From assembly GCA_000388065.2 (NCBI GenBank), contig KB932208.1: DNA of 21,963 bases; one strand, 5' to 3'. The notes under the pieces are model-generated. The model did not search any database and had not been told where the DNA came from. It saw nothing but the letters and a program-made list of their open reading frames with translations. The position numbers and the translations under genes are program-made. Position 1 is the first letter of the stretch. Every line of letters begins with the position of its first letter. Below, in pieces: positions 19,564-21,963 of the stretch. The DNA comes from Fonticula alba ATCC 38817 (Eukaryota; Protista; Nucleariida).

Positions 19564-21908
19564 ATGTCCAAGAAGCGCCCCTCGACCGAGGAGGCCGGCG
19601 TGCCCCAGACGCCGGCGTCGAAGATCATCAAAAGTGCGCCCGCCCGCGGCGCCCGTGCCCATGCTGCCGCTCGGACACTAACGGTGGCCATTTTCCCATG
19701 GCGTTCCTCTCCCCGTCTCCCCGTCTCCCCTTTCCTTGCCCGCCAACCCGTGTGGCCTAGCTGAGCATGCACCGAACACCCCGCTCACCGGCCACACCTT
19801 CACCAAGGAGCTGAAGGAGTGGGAGCGGCCGGCCGTCACGGAGGGCGCCCTCAACCCGGATAAGGACTCCCTGAGTGCGCATGCAGCCTGCCCCATGGCC
19901 CACCCCCTGCAGCTGGTGCTGACACCCCCCGCCCCCCCGTCGATCCTCCTCAGTCCTCATGCAAATGGATGCCGACCACACGGTCGACAACGAGGGCAAT
20001 CCCCTGGTGCGGTTCTTCGGCATCACCGAGGTGCGTTGGCCGTGTGGATTCTTCCTGTGCTCTTGCGCCTTCTGACCCCTCTGTCCTGTTCGGTCCTCTT
20101 CTCCGCAGGCCGGCAACAGCGTCCTGGTGTTCGTGCACCACTTCCACATGTACCTCTATGTGCCCTGCCCGGCGAACATCACCCCCGAGAAGGATAACCT
20201 GGAAAAGTTCGCCTCAGCGCTGAATGTGCGACCTCCAGACATATCCCCCCCCCCCNNNNNNNNNNNNNNNNNNNNNNNNNNNNNNNNNNNNNNNNNNNNN
20301 NNNNNNNNNNNNNNNNNNNNNNNNNNNNNNNNNNNNNNNNNNNNNNNNNNNNNNNNNNNNNNNNNNNNNNNNNNNNNNNNNNNNNNNNNNNNNNNNNNNN
20401 NNNNNNNNNNNNNNNNNNNNNNNNNCCCCCCCCCCCCCCCCCCTCTCTGCCTCTCCCCCGTGCCCCCTCCGGCCGCCGTCCGGGCCCAGCCACGGTTCCA
20501 CATGCCGGACTCTGACGCCTCCCCCTCTCCCTCTCTCCGGCCTTCCTCGATGCAGGATCTTCGGCTACCAGGGCGGCGTTCTGGCCGACTTCCTCAAGAT
20601 CTCAGTCAGCCATCCGCGCTTCATCTCGCCCCTCCGTCGTGCGTCCTTCCTCCTGTCGGCCGATTGGTGCCGGTATTTTCTTCGCCCCCCCTCCCCCTTC
20701 CTCCCCCGCGTTGACTCGGGCCCATTCTCACACCCTCTGCCACCCCCTGGCACCGGGTCGCTCCCGGCCTCTGCAGGCGCCTTGGAGAATGGGGTCTCCC
20801 TCGGAGCAACCGGACCCTTCCTCGAGTTCCCTGGCGTGTTTGAGGCCAACATCGAGTATGTCCTGCGCTATATGATCGACAAGGGTGTACGTGCCGCTCC
20901 GAATGTCCCGCGCCGCCGTGGGGCCCCCCTGCCGCCGGTGCCAGTCGCTGACATTGGCCAACTCCATTGGCTGTTCCCCCTCCTCCTTTCGGCTCCTCAG
21001 ATCGGCGGCTCGAGCTGGATCGAACTGCCCCCGGGCAAGTACTACCTCCGGCCGCCGCACGAGCGCGTGTCCACCTCCCAGATTGAGGCTGATATCTCGT
21101 ATGTGCCTGCTCTTCCCCCCTGCCAGCCTGTCATCCTGGCTGGCATGTTTTTACTGATCCTCCTCTGCCCCCTTTGCGCTCCCCCCGCCAGATGGAACGA
21201 TGTCATCGCTCACCAGCCCGAGTCCGACCCGCGGTGGTCCTCGATCGCTCCCCTGCGTACTCTTTCCTTCGGTGCGCGACGTCCCCCCCCCCCCCGCCCC
21301 CCCCCCCCCCCCACACAACCCTTCTCACATCTTCCCGCCCACCCATTCCCTCACTCACCTACCTCCATCCCCTGACAGATATCGAGTGCGCCGGGCGTAA
21401 GGGCATTTTCCCCGAGCCCGATCACGACCCGGTGATTCAGATCGGCTGTGTTGTCAATGTCGTCGGTGCGGAGCATCTTCACTGCTTCTTTCCTCCCTCC
21501 TCCTGCTCGGGCTCCCCCGCCCCGCTAGGCGCGGCCGCCACTGACTCCGCTGCTGGTGTTCACCCCCTCCAGGCATGCCTCGGTCGCTGATGCGCTGCGT
21601 CCTGACACTGGGCTCGTGCGCACCGATCGGTGGCGCGCACGTCTTCTCCTTCGAGACGGAGCGCGAGCTGCTGATGGCTTTCCGCGACCTGATCATCTCT
21701 GTGCGTCACTGATCCGGCCGCATGCATGCGCATCCCCCCCCCCCCCCCCCCCCCCCCGCCTGCTGCTGTCTCACCGTCAACCGCTGCTCCCAGACGGACC
21801 CCGACATTTTGACGGGCTACAATATTGTCAATTTCGACTTGCCCTATCTGTTGGACCGTGCCAAGCACCTGAAGCTGGCTGGCTTCTCGCTGATCGGACG
21901 CATTCTCA
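19564..21908 (+). CDS. POLD1: DNA polymerase delta catalytic subunit, 5' part (continues beyond the window); visible exons 19564-19633, 19761-19874, 19954-20030, 20109-20225, [exon hidden in gap 20256-20425], 20556-20638, 20777-20886, 21001-21098, 21192-21271, 21379-21465, 21573-21700, 21794-21908
   Basis: Motifs present: [36 protein letters not shown], Exo[24 protein letters not shown] and Exo[20 protein letters not shown]. Confidence 0.96.
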
Positions 21909-21963
21909 GTACGTGGGCTGCGGTCCTCGGCGCATGGCGCTTCTTCCCTCCGCCCCCCCCCCC

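Overview
GC-rich, intron-dense eukaryotic genomic DNA from a draft Illumina scaffold. It looks like a unicellular opisthokont-type protist (Fonticula-like is an unverified impression). I reconstructed seven protein-coding genes by hand from splice sites: a Trk/HKT K+ transporter (+), dephospho-CoA kinase (+), PIG-P (+), a 19-exon leucine-rich-repeat protein (-), proteasome beta-3 (+), a 58-aa RAMP4/SERP1-like protein (-), and the 5' part of DNA polymerase delta catalytic subunit (+, runs off the window). The apparently intergenic region 4.55-6.43 kb holds a same-strand non-coding RNA cluster behind one TATA box: RNase MRP RNA, a dual-guide snR47/U36-type C/D snoRNA, and a second C/D snoRNA whose target I could not identify. 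In the LRR gene all 18 introns are phase 1 and most exons carry about one repeat. None of the 41 inferred splice donors has A at +4. Two apparent tandem repeats at 14.5-15.1 kb are Illumina TruSeq adapter artefacts, and a third duplication at 11.1-11.2 kb is a gap-overlap artefact. Most long ORFs in the supplied track are spurious products of high GC and simple repeats. No rRNA, tRNA, CRISPR array or mobile element is supported.
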